A DNA stretch of 64,000 nucleotides from a virus, in IMG/VR virus record IMGVR_UViG_3300045988_126112, positions 160,001-224,000 of that record; one strand, 5' to 3'. Numbering within the stretch: position 1 is the first letter of the stretch; each line of letters starts with the position of its first letter. Below the pieces are notes generated by a model. That model was given only the letters and a program-made list of their open reading frames with translations. It had not been told where the DNA came from and made no database searches. Below are positions 17,972 to 27,057 of this stretch, in pieces. A program made the position numbers and the translations under genes.

Positions 17972-18946
17972 ATGAATACATTAGAAAAATCTTTAATAAT
18001 TGGAACAGCTACAGTAGCATCAGTAGCTGTAATAAATAAAGTTGATGCTGCTAGTTATGGTAGTTATATAACTACAAATAACTTAAACTTGAGAGCTAGT
18101 ATGAGTACTAGCTCACAAAAATTAGTTACAATACCAAAAGGAGGTAAAGTTACTTTAGTGATGAAATACTCTAATGGATGGTCAAAAGTAACTTATAATG
18201 GTAGAACAGGATATGTGTCTACACAATACATTAAAGCAGCAGGTAGTAGTAATAACACAACACCTACACCATCTCCATCACCAAGTTATGGTAAGACTGC
18301 TAGAACAACAGCAGTTTTAAATCTTAGAAGAGGAGCTGGTACTAGCTACACTAGCATTATGAAAATACCATCTAATGCTACTGTGACTATAATAGCTAGA
18401 TATAATAATGGGTGGAGTAAAGTAAACTACTCTGGTAAAGTTGGTTTTGTCTCTAGTCAATATTTAACAACTGGAGCTCAATCAAATAACAACAATAATA
18501 ACTCTTCAAGATGTACTAGTGGTTATGCCACTAATACATTAATTATAGTTGATAAAAATTCAAGAAGAGTCAATTTCTATAGAAATTGTAGATTGGTTAG
18601 AAGCATGCCTTGTGCTATAGGCAAAGCTTCAACTCAGACACCATCAGGCAAATATAGAGTTTTGGAAAAAATCCAAAACCGTCCTTATTATAAGGACCAT
18701 ATAGCTGGTGGAGATCCTAGAAATCCACTAGGAAAATATTGGCTTGGTATAGGTAATGGATATGCATTACATGGAACAAATAATGAAGGTTCCATAGGAG
18801 GTGCAGTAAGCCATGGATGTATGAGAATGTACAATTCAGACATCCAATGGTTGTACAGTCAAGCAAAAGTAGGAACTACAGTTCTAATAGATAATGGTAG
18901 TACTGCTTCAATAGCTACAAAATATAGATTTAAAATCTATTATTAA
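17972..18946 (+). CDS. secreted SH3b-SH3b-YkuD (L,D-transpeptidase fold) protein
   Basis: Signal peptide SLIIGTATVASVAVINKVDA|AS; two SH3b repeats (..NGWSKV.Y.G..GYVS.QY); YkuD core ALHGTNNEGSIGGAVSHGCMRM. Confidence 0.8.
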   Translation: MNTLEKSLIIGTATVASVAVINKVDAASYGSYITTNNLNLRASMSTSSQKLVTIPKGGKVTLVMKYSNGWSKVTYNGRTGYVSTQYIKAAGSSNNTTPTPSPSPSYGKTARTTAVLNLRRGAGTSYTSIMKIPSNATVTIIARYNNGWSKVNYSGKVGFVSSQYLTTGAQSNNNNNNSSRCTSGYATNTLIIVDKNSRRVNFYRNCRLVRSMPCAIGKASTQTPSGKYRVLEKIQNRPYYKDHIAGGDPRNPLGKYWLGIGNGYALHGTNNEGSIGGAVSHGCMRMYNSDIQWLYSQAKVGTTVLIDNGSTASIATKYRFKIYY

Positions 18947-18979
18947 ATATCTTATCACTTATATATTATATAAGTGATA

Positions 18980-19017
18980 GAAACCACTAGCTTAAATGCT
19001 AGTGGTTTCTTTTTTTA
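18980..19017 (+). terminator. intrinsic terminator
   Basis: GAAACCACTAGC-ttaaat-GCTAGTGGTTTC + T8. Confidence 0.8.
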
Positions 19018-19036
19018 TTTTTAGGAGGTAGAGATT

Positions 19037-19606
19037 ATGATAACACTAATTGAGTACAATGAAAAAAATTTTAAATCAGAGGGGGAATTGTTTAATATTA
19101 TAACTGATGCAATGCATCAAAATGGTATAAAATATATACCAATAGTGAAAGGATATAATTTAAATGGTAATGAAAAAACTATATTAGACTTAGCATCAGA
19201 AATGATAGAAGGTGATATTACTGAACCTATTATAATAAAATTACCAAACAAATATCTAGATGAATTAGATATAAACAAATTGCATAAGTTTTATAAGAAA
19301 GCAAATAAAAGTGATAAAATGTTTATTATACTAAAACCATTAGCTAAAGATGTAAGTATTAGAGTTTTATCTTCATTTATTTGGAATGCAATGATTATAG
19401 ATAGCAATAATATAATATTTGCAAATGTGAAAAGCAAAATACCAGAATTAGCTAAAACTTGTTTGGTATTAACAATAGGCGAAGATAATATAAAAGTTAC
19501 ATCACCAGTATTAGATGATATTAAAAAGTATATCATAGATAACGAAATAAGTAATGAAAAGGATTGTGTTCCTTTGAAAATAGTTATAAATGGTGAAGAA
19601 ATATAA
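19037..19606 (+). CDS. hypothetical protein
   Basis: AGGAGG RBS; 189 aa. Confidence 0.7.
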   Translation: MITLIEYNEKNFKSEGELFNIITDAMHQNGIKYIPIVKGYNLNGNEKTILDLASEMIEGDITEPIIIKLPNKYLDELDINKLHKFYKKANKSDKMFIILKPLAKDVSIRVLSSFIWNAMIIDSNNIIFANVKSKIPELAKTCLVLTIGEDNIKVTSPVLDDIKKYIIDNEISNEKDCVPLKIVINGEEI

Positions 19607-19618
19607 GGAGGTAATGTT

Positions 19619-19771
19619 ATGAGTTCAAGTATTTATAAATGGATGGTTATATATGAAGATTACTCAACACAAGTAATTACAGCAAATAGTGTAATGGATG
19701 TGATAATGAGTAGTGATTTAGAGCAAAGTGACAGTAATATAATTAGTGTAATAAGATTAGATTACTGCTAG
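19619..19771 (+). CDS. small hypothetical protein (50 aa, below the ORF-track cutoff)
   Basis: AAGGAGG 7 nt before ATG 19619; MSSSIYKWMVIYEDYSTQ...; TAG at 19769. Confidence 0.55.
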   Translation: MSSSIYKWMVIYEDYSTQVITANSVMDVIMSSDLEQSDSNIISVIRLDYC

Positions 19772-19789
19772 ATTAAATTTATATTTGAT

Positions 19790-19800
19790 TATATATTATA
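19790..19800 (+). promoter_or_regulatory. early-class promoter-like motif TATATATTATA
   Basis: Exact motif; lies upstream of the 19808 hairpin, so promoter/terminator order is ambiguous. Confidence 0.4.
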
Positions 19801-19807
19801 GATGTGT

Positions 19808-19836
19808 AAAGAGATAGTTAATCAACTATCTCTTTT
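19808..19836 (+). terminator. hairpin cassette (AAAGAGATAGTT/AACTATCTCTTT)
   Basis: 12-bp stem followed by TAAATATTATAT and RBS; near-copy at 20671. Confidence 0.45.
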
Positions 19837-19865
19837 AAATATTATATTTATTAGGAGGTACTAAT

Positions 19866-20633
19866 ATGAGATTAGTAGATGTTAAAAATTTAAAAGTTAT
19901 GGTAAATGGAGAAGAATTAGCAATGAGAGAGTTAAAAGAAAATGAAAACTATTACTTAATGCAATTCTATAAAGAAAACATTAGAAAAGGATACAATAAA
20001 GAATTTGACTACTATACAATGGGAGAAACAAAAGAAGAAATATTATCAGAATTAGATACAAATGCTAGAGATAAAAAAGCTGCTAGAGATAATTTTAGAT
20101 ATACTTCAGATGAAATTGTAAACAGTAGTGCACTTCTATTTAATGAAGAATTTGTAAAAGGCAAAATTAAATTAGAAGACTTAGCAGAAGTAGAAAGAAA
20201 TAAAGATGGAAAGATATTACATTATAAAGTAAAACCAGAATATTGTGTATCAGAAGAAGCAGAATTTAAATATGATGAAAAAGGTAATCCAATTCATGTA
20301 AATTTTAATAATAAAGAATACGAAATACAAAAAATCTATGATACTAAAGGTAGAATAGCACAAATAGTTTATTATATAGATGGAGAATTTGTATATAAAG
20401 AATCTACTTCATATTATGAAAATTATGAAGAAACATTATGCCATACAGGTGCTTATCAAAATATTAATAGACGATATTATGATGATAAGAAAAGACCATT
20501 AGTTGAATTTATATCTGATGGTATCGAATTTAACAAAGATGATATTTCAGCTATTTCAACTTATGAATATCTTGACAATGGAGATGTAATAGAAGAAAGT
20601 CTTATTATAAGTGATGGAGTATACAATTTATAA
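19866..20633 (+). CDS. YD/Rhs-repeat-like small protein (paralog family member 1)
   Basis: FKYDEKGNPI, IYDTKGRIAQIVYY, YYDDKKRPL strings; AGGAGG RBS. Confidence 0.55.
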   Translation: MRLVDVKNLKVMVNGEELAMRELKENENYYLMQFYKENIRKGYNKEFDYYTMGETKEEILSELDTNARDKKAARDNFRYTSDEIVNSSALLFNEEFVKGKIKLEDLAEVERNKDGKILHYKVKPEYCVSEEAEFKYDEKGNPIHVNFNNKEYEIQKIYDTKGRIAQIVYYIDGEFVYKESTSYYENYEETLCHTGAYQNINRRYYDDKKRPLVEFISDGIEFNKDDISAISTYEYLDNGDVIEESLIISDGVYNL

Positions 20634-20670
20634 AAATATAGATGTAAAAACTAAATAATAAGTAAGTCTA

Positions 20671-20700
20671 AAAGAGAGATAGTCATGACTATCTCTCTTT
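20671..20700 (+). terminator. hairpin cassette (perfect 30-nt palindrome)
   Basis: AAAGAGAGATAGTCATGACTATCTCTCTTT followed by AAAATATTATATAATTTTAGGAGG. Confidence 0.5.
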
Positions 20701-20732
20701 AAAATATTATATAATTTTAGGAGGAATGTTAT

Positions 20733-21323
20733 ATGTTAACAAGAGAACAAGTTATAAGTAGAAGAGATGTACAAGAAGCTATAAAAAGCTGTGGAAGTGT
20801 ATTTAGTAAAGTTGATTTTGATGAATTAGTTTTCTCAAATCGTCATGATGGAAAAGACTATTTCATAATAGAAAACAATCTTTTTAGAGATGAAAATCAA
20901 AGATATCTATATGAATTAAGAATAGGACATGATGAAGTTTATTATGATACAGCATTAATATTATTAGATAAAGATGCAAATATAATAGAAGGAACTGAAG
21001 CAGAACTAAATGATGTATGGTCTTGTGGAGACTGGAAAATAGTAAGAGGATGCCAATTCTGCTGTGAAACTAATGGAGTCTTATTAACTTCAATGGAAAA
21101 TGGAGAAGACACAATATATTCAACTATAAGAATGGATATGGAAGCTTTACAAATAGACAATGAATTAGCATATCAACAAAAAGATGATACAAAACATTGT
21201 TATGGTAAATGGTCAGACACAGGTATCAATATAAACTTCTGTCCAGTTTGTGGTAGAAGATTAAGAAGTAGAGATGATGAGTTAATACCTTATAAAGGAA
21301 TTAACTTAGATTTAAATCATTAA
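20733..21323 (+). CDS. hypothetical protein with split Cys4 (CQFCC...CPVCG)
   Basis: AGGAGG RBS; 196 aa. Confidence 0.7.
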   Translation: MLTREQVISRRDVQEAIKSCGSVFSKVDFDELVFSNRHDGKDYFIIENNLFRDENQRYLYELRIGHDEVYYDTALILLDKDANIIEGTEAELNDVWSCGDWKIVRGCQFCCETNGVLLTSMENGEDTIYSTIRMDMEALQIDNELAYQQKDDTKHCYGKWSDTGININFCPVCGRRLRSRDDELIPYKGINLDLNH

Positions 21324-21333
21324 TACAACTAGT

Positions 21334-21368
21334 CAAGGGAGATTTCTATCTTCCTTGGTTATTTTTTT
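21334..21368 (+). terminator. intrinsic terminator
   Basis: CAAGGGAGAT...ATCTTCCTTG + TTATTTTTTT. Confidence 0.65.
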
Positions 21369-21382
21369 AAGGAGAGATTGAC

Positions 21383-21547
21383 ATGAAAAAAGAAAAAACT
21401 AATTGTTGTGATTGTAAAAATTTTGATCAAGTGAAAACTTACTTAAGTGGAAAAAATTCTTATTTCTGCAAATATAAATTTAAATGGGTAAGTTCAGTAT
21501 TTAGTAAATTGAGATCAAAATACTGTAAAGGATTTAAAAGAAAATAA
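21383..21547 (+). CDS. small Cys-rich protein (54 aa, below the ORF-track cutoff)
   Basis: AAGGAGAG RBS; MKKEKTNCCDCKNF..YFCKYKF..KYCKGFKRK; TAA at 21545. Confidence 0.5.
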   Translation: MKKEKTNCCDCKNFDQVKTYLSGKNSYFCKYKFKWVSSVFSKLRSKYCKGFKRK

Positions 21548-21566
21548 TTATTGGAGGTAAGTTATT

Positions 21567-22340
21567 ATGATAAAAACATTATTAAACGAAAAGGAATATG
21601 AAGAATATTTAAATTTAAGAAAAGCTGTTGATGCTTTAGTAAAGACAGTAAATAGTTATTCAGTAAGTAGACATACCAATTATTCAATGTTAACAGGTAT
21701 GGGTACTAATTTTATTATAACACATCAAGAACTTAATTCAAAATTTTCAAATAAAGAAGAATCTTTAGTTGAACAACATTTTGTAAATTGTTTGAATACT
21801 AAGAATATGGAAAAATGTGATGTTTTATATAGCAATTCTATATTTAATATAAGAGTAAAAAGAAATCATGGAAACTTAGTTAGATATAGTAAATATTTAA
21901 TTAGAAGTGGAAATATAGCTAGTGACTTAAAACAGAAATTTGATGAGAATGATAGACTTATTGAATCTATAAAACATGATTATGATAATAGTATAGATGA
22001 ATTTAGTACAATAACTTGTAAATATAGTTATAATACTAAAGGAGAATTGTTTAAATATATAAAAACAAAAACAAGAACTGAAAATGGAAAAACTGAGCAT
22101 CTGTATACAGATGAAAGAGTTAGAGTATTTGAAACAATAAATGGTATAGAATTTAATAAATTTAAAAATAATATTTCAGATGAAACTATGTACACATATA
22201 TATTAGATAAAGATAAACATGTGTGTTCAGAAAAACCAAATCAAATAATACTTAAATATAAGACTGATAGAGGAATTTCAATTGATGAAAGATACAATCT
22301 TAATATAGATGTATTTAATATTTGTAATCAAAATATGTAA
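21567..22340 (+). CDS. YD/Rhs-repeat-like small protein (paralog family member 2)
   Basis: KYSYNTKGELFKYI, FDENDRLIESI; GGAGG RBS. Confidence 0.55.
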   Translation: MIKTLLNEKEYEEYLNLRKAVDALVKTVNSYSVSRHTNYSMLTGMGTNFIITHQELNSKFSNKEESLVEQHFVNCLNTKNMEKCDVLYSNSIFNIRVKRNHGNLVRYSKYLIRSGNIASDLKQKFDENDRLIESIKHDYDNSIDEFSTITCKYSYNTKGELFKYIKTKTRTENGKTEHLYTDERVRVFETINGIEFNKFKNNISDETMYTYILDKDKHVCSEKPNQIILKYKTDRGISIDERYNLNIDVFNICNQNM

Positions 22341-22360
22341 ATAAAGGGAGGAATAATAAT

Positions 22361-23182
22361 ATGAAACTAGATTATATTTATAACCAATTACAAGGAAATG
22401 AAGAAATAGAAGGATATAAATCTTTATTATGTATAGTAGAAAACTTAATGGATAAAGTATTTATTGATAAACCATATGCTAAATTTTCTCATATAAGACA
22501 TATGGGTGATTATAAAATATATACTCCATTTGGAAGCATAAACAGAAGTCTTTTAAGAAGTATAACAAATAAAGGTGAGTTTAAGGATGCATCTATAAAT
22601 GATAAATACGTTAAAAATGATATTAAATTTAATAATAATCAATATAAAGATGGTACTGAAGTTACTCAATCTGGAAATAATAGTATAACTATAAAAGATT
22701 ATGAGAATTATCTTTTAGTAAGAGAAAGAAGATATTATAAAGGTGAATTATCTGTAGATAAAGCTTATAAATATAATACTAATGGAAATCTTACATTTGA
22801 AAGATATGATGATTATAATAATTTAGGAGAACTAAATTATACAAATATTACGTCTATAAGTTATGACGATAAAAATATTTATAAAGAAATGAAAACTTCT
22901 ACTATATTTGGATATCCTTATGAAAACACATTATGTGAATATATAAAAGTAGGAGATGGGTTATTTAAGGATTTCTATGAATGTAGAAAATATTCTAAAG
23001 AAGATGGTCAATCTGAATATGTAAAAGAAAGCTACAGAAATAGATCATATTTATATTTCTTAGATAATGATGTTAATAATTATATCGAAGTAGTGTGTTT
23101 TAGAAATAAAATAGAAGTGATTAAAATCCACTATGTTGATACTTCAATAGAAATAGATGAAGTATTTGATATAGTAAGTTAA
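22361..23182 (+). CDS. YD/Rhs-repeat-like small protein (paralog family member 3)
   Basis: AYKYNTNGNLTFERYDDYNNLGEL; AGGGAGG RBS. Confidence 0.55.
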   Translation: MKLDYIYNQLQGNEEIEGYKSLLCIVENLMDKVFIDKPYAKFSHIRHMGDYKIYTPFGSINRSLLRSITNKGEFKDASINDKYVKNDIKFNNNQYKDGTEVTQSGNNSITIKDYENYLLVRERRYYKGELSVDKAYKYNTNGNLTFERYDDYNNLGELNYTNITSISYDDKNIYKEMKTSTIFGYPYENTLCEYIKVGDGLFKDFYECRKYSKEDGQSEYVKESYRNRSYLYFLDNDVNNYIEVVCFRNKIEVIKIHYVDTSIEIDEVFDIVS

Positions 23183-23192
23183 TATCAAATAG

Positions 23193-23228
23193 CCAGCAAG
23201 GAGAAATCCTTGCTGGTTTTATTTTTTT
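23193..23228 (+). terminator. intrinsic terminator
   Basis: CCAGCAAGGA-gaaa-TCCTTGCTGG + T-run. Confidence 0.8.
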
Positions 23229-23264
23229 AAAAAATTCTTAACAATGATTAAACGCCCATATAAA

Positions 23265-23275
23265 CATATATTATA
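23265..23275 (+). promoter_or_regulatory. early-class promoter-like motif CATATATTATA
   Basis: 36 nt before ATG 23311; followed by TTGAAATAAAATAAT leader. Confidence 0.5.
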
Positions 23276-23310
23276 TTATTGAAATAAAATAATGATTGGA
23301 GGTAGAGATA

Positions 23311-24804
23311 ATGTATCCAGATTTTAAAGATTTTGAATGCACAACTAAATTAGAGATTGTTAACTTAGATGCATTCAGAATAGAGAGCATTAGAACAGGA
23401 AGAGGGTTTAGAGTTAAGTCGAATTACAAAAATATAAAGAAAGAGCTAAAGAATCCAGATGGAATTTATTCAAATAAATTTGGTAGAACTTTAGCAGACG
23501 TAGATGAGTATGGTAACAGATATAAATGTGATTGTGGTAAAACAATCTCAAGAATTAATGAAGGAACCACTTGCCCATATTGTCATACTAAAGTAAAATA
23601 TGTAGATGATGATTTTGGTTATAATGGTTTCTTAGTGCTTGATGATTATTATATAATTCATCCAAAGATGTTTGAAACTTTAAAGAGATTCTTTGGAGCT
23701 GAAACATTAAATAATATCATCAAATATAATGATGATAAAGATATTAATGGTTATAGTAATCTTATCAATCCAAATAGAACTAAAGATGAACCATTCTTTG
23801 GTATAGGAATGATAGCATTTAAAGAAAGATTTATGGAGATAATTAATTATTATCGAAATAAGAATAAAAACAAAATCAAATATTATGATGATATTATAAA
23901 TAATATTGATAAAGTATTTACACAAACAATAGTAGTTTTTACTACGTTACTGAGAGCTACTAAGAATGATCCAAATATATTAAAATATGAACCATCAAAT
24001 GAATTATATATGATAATGTCTAGTTTAGTATATAATATAAATCAGACTGGTTCAAAAGTGTATAAAGCAATTAAACCTAAAGCAGAATTACTTTATGATT
24101 TACAATGTAAACAAGAAGAAATGTATGATATGATTCTTGTTTTATTATCTGGTAAAAGAGGAAAACTTAGAGGAGTATTTGGTGGTAGATATAACTTTAC
24201 AGCAAGGGTAGTTATAGTACCAGAACCAAAATTAAGAGTTGACCAAGTAATAATGCCATATCAGTCAATGATTGAATTAGAAAAGCAAAGAATATTAAAT
24301 GTACTTGAAAAAGTTCATGGTTCAGCTGCATTAGCAAATTCAATATATGAGGATTCTATAAGAGTTAAGAATCCTGAAATAATAGCTATAATAAGACAGT
24401 TGATAAAAGATGATTCAACAGGACAAGGGATTCCAGTATTAGTTAATAGAAACCCAACATTATCTTATGGGTCTATACAACAAATGTTTGTAGTTGATGT
24501 TTGTGAATCATATACTTTAAAAATGCCATTACAAATCTTACCATATTTCAATGCAGATTTCGATGGTGACGTTCTTAATGTACACAGAATCCAATCTAAA
24601 GTATTCTATGAACATGCTTATCAAGTATTTAATCCTAGAAATGCAATGTATATTAATATGAATGATGGATTAGTATCAACAAGTATATTACCATATAAAG
24701 ATATTCTTATAAATTCTAATACATTATTATATGAATATAGACAAGGATATAGTGAAGAACAATTAGCTGATATAAGAAGATTTAAAGAAAGACATTCTGC
24801 TTAA
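23311..24804 (+). CDS. multisubunit RNAP beta-prime N-terminal fragment
   Basis: Zn ribbon CDCGK-x13-CPYC; GGRYNFTARVVIVPEP; PVLVNRNPTLSYGSIQ; catalytic NADFDGD; GGAGG 8 nt before ATG 23311. Confidence 0.9.
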   Translation: MYPDFKDFECTTKLEIVNLDAFRIESIRTGRGFRVKSNYKNIKKELKNPDGIYSNKFGRTLADVDEYGNRYKCDCGKTISRINEGTTCPYCHTKVKYVDDDFGYNGFLVLDDYYIIHPKMFETLKRFFGAETLNNIIKYNDDKDINGYSNLINPNRTKDEPFFGIGMIAFKERFMEIINYYRNKNKNKIKYYDDIINNIDKVFTQTIVVFTTLLRATKNDPNILKYEPSNELYMIMSSLVYNINQTGSKVYKAIKPKAELLYDLQCKQEEMYDMILVLLSGKRGKLRGVFGGRYNFTARVVIVPEPKLRVDQVIMPYQSMIELEKQRILNVLEKVHGSAALANSIYEDSIRVKNPEIIAIIRQLIKDDSTGQGIPVLVNRNPTLSYGSIQQMFVVDVCESYTLKMPLQILPYFNADFDGDVLNVHRIQSKVFYEHAYQVFNPRNAMYINMNDGLVSTSILPYKDILINSNTLLYEYRQGYSEEQLADIRRFKERHSA

Positions 24805-24810
24805 TAAAAG

Positions 24811-24848
24811 AAGGCAAAGGACTATGTTCCTTTGTCTTTTTATTTTTT
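24811..24848 (+). terminator. intrinsic terminator
   Basis: GGCAAAGGA..TCCTTTGTC + TTTTTATTTTTT. Confidence 0.7.
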
Positions 24849-24869
24849 GTAAACACTATAGAAACGGAG

Positions 24870-26168
24870 GTGGTTACATTGAGGAATGATGGAAATTATG
24901 ATACTAGTAAACCTGATGAGTTGTATCAGACTATAACTACACCATCAGTTATCAATTCATATTCTATAGCTATGCAATATATAAAAGATTGGTTTTTTAG
25001 TAAATTTGACGAAAACTATTTTAAAGCTAAATATATTGAACAACGTCATCCATTAGATGATTTTAGGAAACTTTCTACAATAAATAAAGGATTGAAAAAA
25101 TTAAAACCTTCAGTATCTATAGGATCTCAAATATCATTAGATTATACTAGAGATACAATAGATTTATATCAAGCATCACCAAATGATTTTCTTAGAAGAA
25201 CTAAGTTTAATAATGCCTTCTTTATGGATAAACAAAGAAATTTAAACTTAAGTGTAATGTTTGAAGTCTTGGAAATAAATTTTAATTTTAAAATACGTGT
25301 TGGTACTAGAGCTCAACAAATAGACTTATACAAATATCTAATTATTGCATTTAGATTCGGAGCAACACAAGGAGAAGAACTAACAATGGATTGTCATATT
25401 CCTTATCCAATTATGATACAAATAGCATCAGATGCTGGATTTGAAGTTAAAGATGACAAAGTAGTAGATATAATTGGATTTATGAGATATATGAATAAAC
25501 ATTCAGTAGTTCCAATATTATATAAGTATAGAACTATAAATGGTAAAGATGAATACTTTATGAGAGTAAGTAATTTATATACACATATATCTTGTTTAGA
25601 TTTTCCAACAGTAGATGATGGAGAACAAAATAATCAAATATATACAAATTATATGATTGAATTTAATATCATATTAAAAATACCTTCACCACAATTTTAT
25701 GCATATCATTCTAATAAAATTCATGATAAAATTGAAGGAGTTACAAAACGTATTAAAGGAGATAGTGTTGGTTTATGTAATATAAAGATTCCTACTATAC
25801 CAGAAGTAGATCAACATGGATGGAATCAATATCTATTAACTGAATATTATTCTGATGAGATAGAAAAATGTATTGATATAGATATGAAAGAGCTATTTGA
25901 AAATAGTGATATATTTTCAGCTGTAAAACAAAGTAGAGATATGTATATTTCTCCAGCTGTATTTATTAATCTTATATTCTTTAATAATGGTGATGTAGTT
26001 CCATATAAAATAGACTGGGAAACATTTAAAGTTACATTACTTGAACCAATATATGGACACGTTGTACAAATATCAATGTATGCTGATATAGATTATTTAA
26101 AGACTACAATTTATAATCAAGAAAAATTTAAAGAAAGATATTCAAAATCTATAGATGATAAAAAATAG
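24870..26168 (+). CDS. hypothetical protein (start GTG 24870 or TTG 24879)
   Basis: GGAGG at 24866-70 favours TTG 24879; 430-aa ORF next to beta-prime N; no motif recognised. Confidence 0.65.
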   Translation: MVTLRNDGNYDTSKPDELYQTITTPSVINSYSIAMQYIKDWFFSKFDENYFKAKYIEQRHPLDDFRKLSTINKGLKKLKPSVSIGSQISLDYTRDTIDLYQASPNDFLRRTKFNNAFFMDKQRNLNLSVMFEVLEINFNFKIRVGTRAQQIDLYKYLIIAFRFGATQGEELTMDCHIPYPIMIQIASDAGFEVKDDKVVDIIGFMRYMNKHSVVPILYKYRTINGKDEYFMRVSNLYTHISCLDFPTVDDGEQNNQIYTNYMIEFNIILKIPSPQFYAYHSNKIHDKIEGVTKRIKGDSVGLCNIKIPTIPEVDQHGWNQYLLTEYYSDEIEKCIDIDMKELFENSDIFSAVKQSRDMYISPAVFINLIFFNNGDVVPYKIDWETFKVTLLEPIYGHVVQISMYADIDYLKTTIYNQEKFKERYSKSIDDKK

Positions 26169-26192
26169 ACCATTGGTTTACCCAATGGTCTA
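26166..26192. terminator. bidirectional hairpin between convergent genes
   Basis: TAGACCATTGG-tttac-CCAATGGTCTA. Confidence 0.6.
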
Positions 26193-26198
26193 TTATTA

Positions 26199-26657
26199 TT
26201 ACTTCATGAAGTTGATTAAATCATTTGTAATGTCAGTCTTTTTTATTATATTATCAGCTACATCATCAAATTCTTCAATGTCTATATTTGATTGACGTGA
26301 TTGATTGTATTTAGTTTCTATCTGTTGATTTAGTTCTTCATCTTCATCAAATATTCTTTCAATTTCATTAAATATTAAATATTTATTATCTAGCAAATAT
26401 TTAAATTCATTGTCTAATTCAATTTCTTGAATTACCTTTATATAAATCATTATTTTTATATATTCTTTATAGTCATAATAATCTGTAATGTTGCATTTTA
26501 TGTCTTTGATTGAGGATAAAGTAATATAATATATAAAACCTTCCACGCCTTCATTTTCTATTTCTTCAGTATGTGGTTTAAATACACACATATATAATGA
26601 AGATATAAATAAAACACAGTTAAGAATACATATAATAAGTAATATTGTATTTTGCAT
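26199..26657 (-). CDS. membrane-anchored protein
   Basis: AAGGAG lies 9 nt before the ATG at 26657 and abuts the track ATG 26666; N-terminal TM ILLIICILNCVLFISSLYMCVF. Confidence 0.65.
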   Translation of the reverse strand: MQNTILLIICILNCVLFISSLYMCVFKPHTEEIENEGVEGFIYYITLSSIKDIKCNITDYYDYKEYIKIMIYIKVIQEIELDNEFKYLLDNKYLIFNEIERIFDEDEELNQQIETKYNQSRQSNIDIEEFDDVADNIIKKTDITNDLINFMK

Positions 26658-26678
26658 ATTTAGCATCTCCTTTTTAAA

Positions 26679-27038
26679 TTATTGTTTTTTGTCATCATTT
26701 TTCACAAAATAATCTCTCATATAATTTAAAAACTTAACGACACCTTCAACCGAAGTTAGCTTACCTAATATATCAAAACCAACTAAGCCAGATATAAAAT
26801 AAATACTAACTAATGTTTTATTAGTTATTGCAGACATAGCTAATAAATTATCCGTCAAAGAATACATTAATACGGATGATGTAATTGCAGATACTGTAAT
26901 TCTAGTTAAATTAACGTGGTTATCTGTATCTGATAAAGTATTGAATATATCTCTTACAATTGAACCTGTAAGAGTAAATATTACAATCATTAAAATTTGA
27001 TAATGAGCAGATATAAAATACATTATATTGTTTGACAA
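26679..27038 (-). CDS. multi-pass small membrane protein (holin-like candidate)
   Basis: 119 aa, 3-4 hydrophobic helices, charged C-terminus KNDDKKQ; TTG start after GGGTGA. Confidence 0.4.
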   Translation of the reverse strand: MSNNIMYFISAHYQILMIVIFTLTGSIVRDIFNTLSDTDNHVNLTRITVSAITSSVLMYSLTDNLLAMSAITNKTLVSIYFISGLVGFDILGKLTSVEGVVKFLNYMRDYFVKNDDKKQ

Positions 27039-27057
27039 TTTATATCACCCATTTCTT

